Origin: a bacterium
GTDB lineage: Bacteria; UBA10199; 2-02-FULL-44-16; DYJF01
Assembly (NCBI GenBank): GCA_041739675.1
Contig: JBGSNL010000066.1
Location: 1 to 26,331, forward strand
Direction: 5' to 3'
DNA length: 26,331 bases
The position numbers were made by a program, and so were the translations under genes. The notes under the pieces are model-generated. The model worked only from the letters and a program-made list of their open reading frames with translations. It searched no databases and had not been told where the DNA came from. Shown piece after piece: positions 8,887-16,658 of this stretch. The stretch's first letter is position 1; every line of letters starts with the position of its first letter.

Positions 8887-10428
8887 ATGGACCTTATATA
8901 TTCACATCTTCTGAGCTCGATCATCTTCCTGCCTCTTGCGGGCATGGTGATAGCACTTCTCATCCCCTCGCGGCATGAGAAGGCGATCCGTGTCGTGAGC
9001 ATGCTTGTCAGCGTGGCGGTGCTTGTGCTCGTCGCCAAACTCTGGGGCATGTTCGTCGGCACGGGCGAATTTGAATTCAGCGAAACCATTCCGTGGATAC
9101 CGTCCGTTCAGATATTTTACCACGTGGGCGTGGACGGTGTGGCGCTCCTTCTCATCGCGCTCACCGCGTTTTTAACGCCGATCGCGATTCTGGCGTCATG
9201 GAACGAAATAACAAAAAGCGTCAAGGCGTTCCACGTGCTCATTCTCCTTCTGGAAACCGGGATGCTGGGTGTCTTTGCGTCGCTTGACGTATTCTTATTC
9301 TATGTATTCTGGGAAGTTGTCCTGATCCCGATGTATTTCCTGATCGGAATCTGGGGATCGAAGGACCGCATCCGCGCCGCGCTGAAATTTTTCATCTTCA
9401 CGATGGCGGGCTCGGTTCTGATGCTGGCCGCGATCCTTTATGCCTCAAGTGTTGCGGGCGGCTCGTTCGATCTGGTTACGTGGTACGGCCACAAGTTCGG
9501 CCTGATGGAGCAGTTCTTCCTTTTCGGGGCCTTCGCGATAGCTTTTGCGATCAAAGTTCCGATGGTTCCGTTCCACACGTGGTTGCCCGATGCCCACACC
9601 GAAGCGCCCACCGCGGGATCGGTCATCCTCGCGGGAATTTTGCTGAAGATGGGGACATACGGTTTTTACCGTTTCGCCATGCCGCTCTTTCCGCTTGCAG
9701 TTGTGAAGTTCGCGCCGCTCATGCTCACTCTTGCGGTGATAGGAATCGTCTACGGCGGCCTTGTCGCGATGGTCCAGCCGGACGTGAAACGCCTCGTGGC
9801 GTATTCCTCAATCTCGCATTTGGGTTTCGTGATGCTGGGGCTTTTCTCTCTCGATCCTTTGGCGGTTCAGGGCGCGGTCCTTCAAATGGTTAACCACGGT
9901 CTTTCAACGGGCGCGCTCTTCTTGATGGTGGGAATGTTATATTCCCGCCGCCACACAAGGATGATCGCAGATTACGGCGGGGTTGCAAGAACGCTCCCGG
10001 TCCTCACGGCCGCGTTCGTGCTCATAACTTTCTCGTCGATCGGCCTTCCGGGCCTCAACAATTTTGTGGGCGAGTTTTTGGTTCTTTTGGGATCGTTCCA
10101 GACACGCACCGCCTATGCAGCGGTTTCGATATCGGGTGTTGTGATCTCCGCCATATATATGTTGTGGATGGTGCAGAGGGTTTTCTTCGGCGAGGCAACA
10201 AAGGAAGAGAACATAAAGCTCCCCGATCTTCGGGTCCGCGAATACTGGGTCCTGGCGCCCATCATTATATTCATATTTGTGATCGGCGTCTGGCCCAAGC
10301 CGTGGATAACGATGATCGAGAAATCGACCGATGCGTTTTTAACGTTGTCGAAAAGAGTCGAAATGATTGTGCCGGCGCCGGTGCCCGTCACTCTGAACGA
10401 AGTGAAAATTCCGCAGGGCGGCGAATAG
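8887..10428 (+). CDS. nuoM: NADH-quinone oxidoreductase subunit M
   Basis: FWEVVLIPMY, KVPMVPFHTWLPDAHTEAPT, LLKMG, GLPGLNNFVGEF. Confidence 0.97.
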   Translation: MDLIYSHLLSSIIFLPLAGMVIALLIPSRHEKAIRVVSMLVSVAVLVLVAKLWGMFVGTGEFEFSETIPWIPSVQIFYHVGVDGVALLLIALTAFLTPIAILASWNEITKSVKAFHVLILLLETGMLGVFASLDVFLFYVFWEVVLIPMYFLIGIWGSKDRIRAALKFFIFTMAGSVLMLAAILYASSVAGGSFDLVTWYGHKFGLMEQFFLFGAFAIAFAIKVPMVPFHTWLPDAHTEAPTAGSVILAGILLKMGTYGFYRFAMPLFPLAVVKFAPLMLTLAVIGIVYGGLVAMVQPDVKRLVAYSSISHLGFVMLGLFSLDPLAVQGAVLQMVNHGLSTGALFLMVGMLYSRRHTRMIADYGGVARTLPVLTAAFVLITFSSIGLPGLNNFVGEFLVLLGSFQTRTAYAAVSISGVVISAIYMLWMVQRVFFGEATKEENIKLPDLRVREYWVLAPIIIFIFVIGVWPKPWITMIEKSTDAFLTLSKRVEMIVPAPVPVTLNEVKIPQGGE

Positions 10429-10434
10429 GAATAT

Positions 10435-11904
10435 ATGATGCCTCAGTTCGCACAAATGGATTGGACGAATTTATTCAACATGGCCTTGCCGTGGCTCGTC
10501 GTCTTTGCGGCGGCTGTCATCTCATTTCTGGCCGCGGCCCTTGTGGAAGAAGAGGACTCGCTTGTTATCCCGATAGTTGCGCTTGCGGGCATTGCAGTCG
10601 CCTTTGCCGTCACGTGGCAGAGGTGGCTCTCTCCATCTGCAAACCCGGTTATCGGGATGTTCATATTCGACCGCCTCGCCTTTTTCGTGTGGCTCATCGT
10701 GCTCGCCGCCGCGGCGATAGCGGTTCTGCTATCTATTCCGTATCTCAAGGCGCGTTCTTTCGCCAAGCCGGAATATTACGGCCTCATACTCCTTTCCACT
10801 CTGGGGATGGGCTGCCTCGTTTCGGCGGGCGATCTCTTAATGATCTATCTTGGGATAGAGACGATGTCCCTTGCGGTCTATGTGCTTGCCGGTTTCTTAA
10901 GATTTCGCGCCGCGTCTAACGAGGCGGCGCTGAAATATTTTCTGATCGGCGCCTTTGCTTCGGCATTTTTGCTCATGGGCATCGCCTTCATATTTGGAAG
11001 CGCAGGCACGACCAATCTTGCAGTCTTGGGGCAGCGCTCGTCGGAAATTCTCTCTGGGGAGGGAAGGTCATTCTTCCTCTTCGGAATGGCGATGCTTCTC
11101 GTGGGTTTCGGATTCAAGGTTGCCGCTGTTCCGTTCCATGCGTGGGCCCCCGACGTGTATGACGGTGCGCCCACCCCGATAACCGTTTTCATGGCGACCG
11201 CCGTGAAGGTTGCGGCGTTTGTCGCGTTTCTAAGAGTCGGAACCTCAGCTCTCAGGTTCAGCGGCGATTTGTGGATCACGGTTCTCACGGTAGGGGCGAT
11301 CGTAACAATGTTAGTCGGCAATCTTGCGGCGATAGTTCAGGAAAACATCAAACGCATGCTGGCCTACTCATCGATCGCTCATGCGGGATATATCCTCGTC
11401 GCCTTCCCCGCGCTGGTTAACGATCCGCAGGGGGCCGGGCGCGCGATACTTTTCTATCTTTTCTCATATGTCCTGATGACGGCGGGAGCCTTTGCGGTTG
11501 TCGTCGCGATGGGGTTGGGGGCGGAAGAGCACACGGCAATCTCGCGGCTGGCGGGTCTTGGCAAGAGAAGGCCCTTTCTGGCGGCGGCGCTTTCACTCTT
11601 TCTTCTTTCGCTTCTGGGAATTCCGCCGACGATCGGATTTTTCGGAAAATATTATTTATTTTTGACAGCCGTGAAATCGGGCTTCATCTGGCTTGTCGTC
11701 ATAGCCGTCATCAACAGCGCAATGTCGGCATACTATTATCTGCGCCCGATTGTGGTGATGTATTTCAGATCGGGCGAAGAGGCGTGGCCCACGGAGCCGA
11801 TGAACCCCGCAGTCGTGGCGGTGCTCGCGGTTACATCGATAAGTGTAGCGTACTTCGGAATCTTCCCCGCCAATCTGCTGGCCATTGTTTCGCGGTCATT
11901 CTGA
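10435..11904 (+). CDS. nuoN: NADH-quinone oxidoreductase subunit N
   Basis: EAALKYFLIG, FKVAAVPFHAWAPDVYDGAPTP, KRMLAYSSIAHAGY, GIPPTIGFFGK. Confidence 0.97.
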   Translation: MMPQFAQMDWTNLFNMALPWLVVFAAAVISFLAAALVEEEDSLVIPIVALAGIAVAFAVTWQRWLSPSANPVIGMFIFDRLAFFVWLIVLAAAAIAVLLSIPYLKARSFAKPEYYGLILLSTLGMGCLVSAGDLLMIYLGIETMSLAVYVLAGFLRFRAASNEAALKYFLIGAFASAFLLMGIAFIFGSAGTTNLAVLGQRSSEILSGEGRSFFLFGMAMLLVGFGFKVAAVPFHAWAPDVYDGAPTPITVFMATAVKVAAFVAFLRVGTSALRFSGDLWITVLTVGAIVTMLVGNLAAIVQENIKRMLAYSSIAHAGYILVAFPALVNDPQGAGRAILFYLFSYVLMTAGAFAVVVAMGLGAEEHTAISRLAGLGKRRPFLAAALSLFLLSLLGIPPTIGFFGKYYLFLTAVKSGFIWLVVIAVINSAMSAYYYLRPIVVMYFRSGEEAWPTEPMNPAVVAVLAVTSISVAYFGIFPANLLAIVSRSF

Positions 11905-12476
11905 TGTTCCACAACTACGAACAACTGATTGAGAAGATCGACCGCTTCGGCGAGGCGCTGAGGCGCAAGTATCCGCACTCCTTAGCGTGCAGGGCGGGGT
12001 GTGCGGGCTGCTGTGTTGCGGGGATCCGCGTGTGGCGGGTGGAGTTCGATCACATCCGGCAAACACATCTCGACAAAGGAGGGATGACGAAATCGTCAAC
12101 GACTTGTGCCGCGAGGTGCGCGTGGCAAGACGGGAACGACCGCTGCACGATCTACGACGTTCGGCCGATCGTCTGCCGCCTGTGGGGCCTTCCTCTCTTC
12201 ATCCCCGAAGGAAAAATATCCGAGTGGACGTCGAGCACGATTGATCGCAGCGTTTTGGCAAAGGGAGCCGGCGCGGAAGGCACGCTCACATGCTGCGAAC
12301 TGAACTTCACCTCTGCACCCGCACTTGAGGCTCTCCCCCTCTCGGACGCCGTCAACGTCGAGCTCGTGATCCAAACCCTCGCCGCCATCAACCATGTTTA
12401 TTGCAAGGGGAAAGGGCTCGATCCCGCGGAGCGATTGTCGATTAACGATTGCATCATTTCCGGTCACCCTGCATGA
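11904..12476 (+). CDS. YkgJ-family (CxxCxxCC) putative Zn/Fe-S-binding protein, 190 aa
   Basis: CRAGCAGCC and CTIYDVRPIVCR motifs; ATG 11904 overlaps the nuoN stop (TGATG). The track start at 11784 lies inside nuoN. Confidence 0.85.
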   Translation: MFHNYEQLIEKIDRFGEALRRKYPHSLACRAGCAGCCVAGIRVWRVEFDHIRQTHLDKGGMTKSSTTCAARCAWQDGNDRCTIYDVRPIVCRLWGLPLFIPEGKISEWTSSTIDRSVLAKGAGAEGTLTCCELNFTSAPALEALPLSDAVNVELVIQTLAAINHVYCKGKGLDPAERLSINDCIISGHPA

Positions 12477-12487
12477 AAATCATGCAG
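12469..12487. promoter_or_regulatory. NtrC-type enhancer box for the left sigma54 promoter
   Basis: Inverted repeat CTGCATGA-AAA-TCATGCAG (TGCA-N9-TGCA), centred about 97 bp upstream of the predicted TSS. A weaker partner TGCATCATTTCCGGTCA lies at 12450-12466. Confidence 0.6.
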
Positions 12488-12521
12488 TATCGAGCGCCCG
12501 CTCCGAACAATTCTCACTGAT

Positions 12522-12534
12522 AATCAATAAATTA
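12522..12534 (+). promoter_or_regulatory. IHF binding site
   Basis: AATCAATAAATTA matches WATCAANNNNTTR exactly and lies between the enhancer box and the -24/-12 element. Confidence 0.6.
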
Positions 12535-12547
12535 CAGATTCCGTAGG

Positions 12548-12564
12548 TTGGCACACCCGTTGCT
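12548..12564 (+). promoter_or_regulatory. Sigma54 -24/-12 promoter upstream of the ORF6N gene
   Basis: TTGGCAC-ACCCG-TTGCT matches TGGCAC-N5-TTGCW; predicted TSS about 12575. Confidence 0.8.
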
Positions 12565-12567
12565 ATA

Positions 12568-12596
12568 TGAACTGGTCACAAATTGTGACCGGTTCA
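12568..12596. repeat. 29-bp palindrome over the predicted TSS; candidate operator
   Basis: TGAACTGGTCACAA-A-TTGTGACCGGTTCA; 13 of 14 arm positions pair; core TCACAAATTGTGA. Confidence 0.85.
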
Positions 12597-12607
12597 AAGG
12601 AGCAAAT

Positions 12608-13150
12608 ATGAATACCGATCAAGCGTTGGCTGGTGTCGAGGATGTAAGCCGCAGAATAAGATTTATTAGAGGCCAAAGAGTGATCATGGATAGTGATTTG
12701 GCCGAGCTCTACGGTGTCGAGACGAGGGTGCTCAATCAAGCAGTGAAACGCAATGCGGCGCGTTTTCCAGAGGATTTTGTCTTTCAACTAGCTGAAAATG
12801 AAGAGGAATCTTTAAGATCACAAATTGTGATCTTAAAGAAACGAAGGGGAGAGCACAGGAAATTCCCGCCTTACGCCTTTACCGAGCATGGAGCCATAAT
12901 GGCGGCGAATGTCCTGAACAGTGAGCGCGCGGTGACAGCCAGCGTTTTCGTTGTCCGCGCCTTTGTCAAACTGCGTGAATTTCTTGCCACTCATAAAGAG
13001 CTGGCTCAGAAACTGGCAGAATTGGAGCAAAGATTATCAACCCACGACAAGGCAATTCGCTCTCTCTTTGATGCAATAAGACAACTCATGGTCCAGCCGG
13101 AACCGAAAAAGCGGACGATCGGATTTCTGGTGGGCGATAAAAAAGAGTAA
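12608..13150 (+). CDS. ORF6N-domain DNA-binding protein, 180 aa, with C-terminal coiled coil
   Basis: IRGQRVIMDSDLAELYGVETRVLNQAVKRNAARFPEDFVFQL, PYAFTEHGAIMAANVLNS, terminal KRTIGF. AAGGAG precedes ATG 12608; the track start TTG 12548 is the promoter itself. Confidence 0.9.
   Translation: MNTDQALAGVEDVSRRIRFIRGQRVIMDSDLAELYGVETRVLNQAVKRNAARFPEDFVFQLAENEEESLRSQIVILKKRRGEHRKFPPYAFTEHGAIMAANVLNSERAVTASVFVVRAFVKLREFLATHKELAQKLAELEQRLSTHDKAIRSLFDAIRQLMVQPEPKKRTIGFLVGDKKE
12809..12839. repeat. Perfect 31-bp palindrome inside the ORF6N coding sequence
   Basis: TCTTTAAGATCACAA-A-TTGTGATCTTAAAGA, 15/15 arm pairs; encodes SLRSQIVILK. Confidence 0.95.
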
Positions 13151-13219
13151 ATGCTCTTCCTTGCAATCCGCGAAATGCGCCCTGCGCCGCCGATGTTCGT
13201 ACACCGATTCTTGCTTTTT

Positions 13220-13249
13220 CTTGACCTTGATCTCAACCCTAGCCTTGAT
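13220..13249 (+). repeat. Degenerate hexamer tandem repeat
   Basis: CTTGAC-CTTGAT-CTCAAC-CCTAGC-CTTGAT. Confidence 0.6.
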
Positions 13250-13253
13250 GTGC

Positions 13254-13294
13254 TTTTCCCGTCTCTTGCAATAGGGTGGTGAGGGGAGTAGATA
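13254..13294 (+). repeat. Intergenic repeat A, copy 1 (promoter-like: TTGCAA-N17-TAGATA)
   Basis: 33/41 identical, ungapped, to 14694-14734. Confidence 0.75.
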
Positions 13295-13333
13295 ACAGAC
13301 AATAAATGAAGTTTTTGGCATCACTCAGTCATT

Positions 13334-14260
13334 GTGACAAAAAGGGTAGTACCTGTGGAAAAACTTAAAGAAATAGGAGCTGCTCTATTCTCGCTAGCTA
13401 GTTTTGCTTTCATCATTGTACTGGCGGTAATCTTTATAAAGGGCGCCGTCTGGGTTTCAGTCACGATACTTCCTTGGATTACCATCCTTAATGGGTTCAC
13501 AATTCTTATAGGTTTGTTCATTTTATTACCACTAGCGCTAATTAAATATACAAGAATTGTTGGAGCGACAGCATTATTCGCTGCATCTTATATTTATGGA
13601 GCAACTCTGTGTATTTGGGGCTGTGTCATTTCTTATGCCATTTGGGGATTGACTGGGCTGATAATCGGCTTGCTCATTGCCGGGATAGGCGTCGTTCCTA
13701 TTGCGATGCTTGCGTGTGCCGTAAAAGGCCTGTGGTCACTTCTCCTTCAACTCATGATACTTTTGGCCATCACGTATGGCAGCAGAATATTGGCCTTATA
13801 CTTAGTTGAAAAAACATCAGATGCCGCGTCTGGCGAAGTCATCTCTCCCGATAAAACGTTTCTCGCGGAACATTCGACTCCTTCTCCAGATAATAAACCC
13901 ATCTATCGGCCTGAATGGAAGTTACTTGATAGTGTTGCAGCAATGATAATTTGCGAAAATTATTTTATTTTGGATTACATTCCATATTGCGAAGACAATT
14001 ATCGAGATGCCGTAGGCGACTCTCACGACGAATCGGCGGTGACTGATGAGGAATTTCGTGTCTTGTTTGATGATTTCATACAATCATATTTCACAGTGGT
14101 CGACAGAACGAATGATTATCTTAAAGTGATCGATTCCCTGAGGGAAAAGCATGGTATTCCAGTGGTGTCGTTATATTCATATCTTAAATATCGAGGCAAC
14201 TCTGCAATTGCGCTAGCGCGGGATTATGGGCGGGTTGCAAATGCCACAGTATGGTTTTGA
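13334..14260 (+). CDS. Hypothetical membrane protein: hydrophobic N-terminal half, acidic soluble C-terminal domain
   Basis: 308-aa ORF with about 5 hydrophobic segments in the first ~155 aa. Alternative start GTG 13355 has AAGGG upstream. Confidence 0.75.
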   Translation: MTKRVVPVEKLKEIGAALFSLASFAFIIVLAVIFIKGAVWVSVTILPWITILNGFTILIGLFILLPLALIKYTRIVGATALFAASYIYGATLCIWGCVISYAIWGLTGLIIGLLIAGIGVVPIAMLACAVKGLWSLLLQLMILLAITYGSRILALYLVEKTSDAASGEVISPDKTFLAEHSTPSPDNKPIYRPEWKLLDSVAAMIICENYFILDYIPYCEDNYRDAVGDSHDESAVTDEEFRVLFDDFIQSYFTVVDRTNDYLKVIDSLREKHGIPVVSLYSYLKYRGNSAIALARDYGRVANATVWF

Positions 14261-14365
14261 CAATGCAAGGCGTCGTAAATTCAGAGACCCAGGCCAGAGT
14301 GCTGTCGTCATTCTGAAGGCTACTGGGTATTGCTCTCTGTGAATTATTGATTGCAAAATGATCTC

Positions 14366-14677
14366 ATGAAAGAGCGCCCACACCTCATACCTAGTATAAT
14401 TGCTATATTAATGCTCCTTGGCTCATTGGGCCATTGGCCCTATGGTTACTATACTCTTCTTCGCTTTATAGTATGCGGCACATCTGCATATATTGCTTTT
14501 ATTGCGTACAGCAATAGAAGCACTTGGGCAGTGTGGGTGTTCGCAATTATGGCCGTTCTCTTCAATCCTATCGCTCCGTTCTATTTGGGGCGCGAAATAT
14601 GGCAAGTTGTCGATTTTATATCGGCAATACTGATTATTATCGGAGTCATACGAGTCAGGAAGCCGCAAAAAGGCTGA
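14366..14677 (+). CDS. Small membrane protein, DUF6804-like
   Basis: WPYGYYTLLRFIVC and LFNPIAPFYLGREIWQVVD resemble my recollection of DUF6804; four hydrophobic segments; ATG 14366 preferred over TTG 14351. Confidence 0.75.
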   Translation: MKERPHLIPSIIAILMLLGSLGHWPYGYYTLLRFIVCGTSAYIAFIAYSNRSTWAVWVFAIMAVLFNPIAPFYLGREIWQVVDFISAILIIIGVIRVRKPQKG

Positions 14678-14693
14678 GCGACACGATTCGCCT

Positions 14694-14734
14694 TTTTCCC
14701 GCCGCTTGCAATGCAGAGGGGAGGGGAGTAAATA
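14694..14734 (+). repeat. Intergenic repeat A, copy 2 (TTGCAA-N17-TAAATA)
   Basis: 33/41 identical to 13254-13294; shared blocks TTTTCCCG, CTTGCAAT, GAGGGGAGTA. Confidence 0.75.
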
Positions 14735-14816
14735 GCTAACAGCAACATCATTATTATTGCTACCTATTTATGTGTTTTCTTTGTTAACAGAGCAATTAAT
14801 TGAGAGCGAGTTCAGT

Positions 14817-15908
14817 ATGGCACTAGTGGTTTTGGGCGCGGGAGCAACAAGAGCGTCAAGATTTGTAAAAAAAGTTAAGGGAAAGGAGGAGAAATATACT
14901 TCCTTCTGTGCACCACCCCTGAATTCAGATTTTTTTACTCAAATGCAGCGAATCACGGATGATAAATATATGGAAGCAATTTCTGGCACTATTAGTGCTA
15001 CATGCGACATATTCGGTAAGAATTTTAATTTGACGATGGAAGATCTGTTTACACAACTTGAATTTATGTTGCGCTCCTTTCAACTTGTGAAAATTCGAAA
15101 AAAGAGGGGGCTCGAAACAATCGAAAAGCTCAGGAAATTAAGAAAAAGCCTCTTCGAATCTATTTTTGCCGTGTTTGAATATTCTGTCCATAAACCTTTT
15201 CAGGATGAATACCATTGTGAATTTCACAAAAATCTCATCGGTGCCTTAAATAATGATGATAGTATAATATCATTTAATTACGACTGCTTGATTGATGAAA
15301 CCCTTAAGGAGTTTGGAGGAAGGAAGTGGGACCCCAAATGGAGTTATTGCTTTCCCAGCCATAATTATAGGCATGTTGGATTCGAACATTGGAAAAAAGA
15401 TGCGACAACTGAGACTACAAAAAAAGAGACAATTAAATTACTCAAAGTTCATGGATCGATAAATTGGAAGATTAAAGAGTTCAAGGAAAATGGTGATCGT
15501 GGCGAAATTACGCTGAGGGAGAGATTGTGGCATCAGAAAGGATATTCCCATTACACGATTATCCCACCCGAATGGAATAAAGACATAGTAACCAAGGCCT
15601 CCATATTTAATAAAATATGGAGTGAAGCGGCGAAAAGAATTGCGCGTGAAGATAAGTTTATTTTTATCGGTTTTTCATTTACGCCTACAGATTTGCATGC
15701 CGCCTCTCTATTTCAAGTTGCAGTTTCAAAAATTAATACTCTAATTATTGTTAATCCAGATAAAGAAGCGCGATATAGAACGCGAAAGATTCTTAATAAA
15801 GGAATAGGTTGTGACACTCGGATATTCCAATTCGATAAGTTCGAAGAATTTGCGCGAGATAAACAAACAATTAAGGACTACTTGAATTTTAAAACTACGG
15901 GCAGCTGA
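14817..15908 (+). CDS. SIR2-like (SIR2_2 type) putative NADase, 363 aa
   Basis: VVLGAGA, ISFNYDCLID, LLKVHGSINW, IIPP and FIGFSF in the expected order. AT-rich (16/60 G+C counted at 15421-15480). Confidence 0.85.
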   Translation: MALVVLGAGATRASRFVKKVKGKEEKYTSFCAPPLNSDFFTQMQRITDDKYMEAISGTISATCDIFGKNFNLTMEDLFTQLEFMLRSFQLVKIRKKRGLETIEKLRKLRKSLFESIFAVFEYSVHKPFQDEYHCEFHKNLIGALNNDDSIISFNYDCLIDETLKEFGGRKWDPKWSYCFPSHNYRHVGFEHWKKDATTETTKKETIKLLKVHGSINWKIKEFKENGDRGEITLRERLWHQKGYSHYTIIPPEWNKDIVTKASIFNKIWSEAAKRIAREDKFIFIGFSFTPTDLHAASLFQVAVSKINTLIIVNPDKEARYRTRKILNKGIGCDTRIFQFDKFEEFARDKQTIKDYLNFKTTGS

Positions 15909-15924
15909 AATGATAAAGGGGATG

Positions 15925-15951
15925 GTGGTGAATTCACAAGTTAAGTGCAGC
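15925..15951 (+). repeat. Intergenic repeat B, copy 1 (IS30-end-like)
   Basis: GTGGTGAATTCACAAGTTAAGTGCAGC, 24/27 identical to 16533-16559. Confidence 0.8.
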
Positions 15952-15983
15952 AGTTTTTATTAATTACTTAAAACTACAAAATT

Positions 15984-16520
15984 ATGCTCAGAAAGAAGAA
16001 CCCAATTATTGCTGCTGTTTTAAGTTTTATTTTTGGTCCTCTAGGCTATCTCTATATAGGATGGAAATATCTTATAATGGCTCTAGTGGTATTCGCGATT
16101 TTTACCGGGGTATTAATGCTTGTCAATCTTGATCCAGCACTTTTTTCGCCCGAAGTCCGTCTTTTGATACGACTTCCCATCTGGCTTGTTCTGGCCGCGA
16201 AAGCTTACGCCATCTGTTCTGTTCGTAATGCCATGATTGACGCCAAAGACGAAGGTGTTAATGCGCTGAATACTTTTCCATTTGTAGCCATGGCGATGTC
16301 CGACCTTTTAGTCGGTATCGGGATGGTTTACGCGGCTGCCATAGGCATATATGCATCGGTGAAGCTGTTTCTTATTGGCAAATTGCTTAAAGGATTTCTA
16401 TATTTAATTATAGGGACACCTATTTTGATATGGATTGCAAGCCTTGCATTTGGATTGATCGCAATGGGCATCGATGCCTTATTTGCAAAAGGAGCAGAAA
16501 ATATTTTTCGTAAGCGATAG
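15984..16520 (+). CDS. Hypothetical multi-pass membrane protein with TM2-like N-terminal motif
   Basis: KKNPIIAAVLSFIFGPLGYLYIG; about 5 hydrophobic segments; 178 aa. Confidence 0.75.
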   Translation: MLRKKNPIIAAVLSFIFGPLGYLYIGWKYLIMALVVFAIFTGVLMLVNLDPALFSPEVRLLIRLPIWLVLAAKAYAICSVRNAMIDAKDEGVNALNTFPFVAMAMSDLLVGIGMVYAAAIGIYASVKLFLIGKLLKGFLYLIIGTPILIWIASLAFGLIAMGIDALFAKGAENIFRKR

Positions 16521-16532
16521 ATAAACGGTCCA

Positions 16533-16559
16533 GTGGCGAATTCACAAGTCAAGTGCAAC
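16533..16559 (+). repeat. Intergenic repeat B, copy 2 (IS30-end-like)
   Basis: GTGGCGAATTCACAAGTCAAGTGCAAC; direct repeat of 15925-15951. Confidence 0.8.
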
Positions 16560-16632
16560 GCGCGGCTCATATTCTAAAGTGAACCACCTGTAACGGAGCA
16601 ACGCCAATATAAGCATAAGCCATTTAGGGGCC

Positions 16633-16657
16633 CATCGCCGCCGGCCGGGCGGCGGTG
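16633..16657. terminator. GC-rich hairpin between convergent units; possible terminator
   Basis: CATCGCCGCC-ggccg-GGCGGCGGTG (9 Watson-Crick pairs plus one G-T), next to the brnA stop; no U-tract. Confidence 0.4.
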
Positions 16658-16658
16658 A

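Noticed and set aside
12548..12607. 20-aa N-terminal extension of ORF6N from TTG 12548
   Set aside because: The TTG is part of the -24 element, upstream of the predicted TSS; ATG 12608 has a good RBS.
15215..15229. Palindrome TTGTGAA-T-TTCACAA within the SIR2 gene
   Set aside because: Rex boxes need a 4-bp spacer, half-sites are reversed relative to the ORF6N core, and short palindromes are common in AT-rich DNA.
15925..16559. CRISPR interpretation of repeat pairs A or B
   Set aside because: Two copies each, separated by whole genes; no cas genes.
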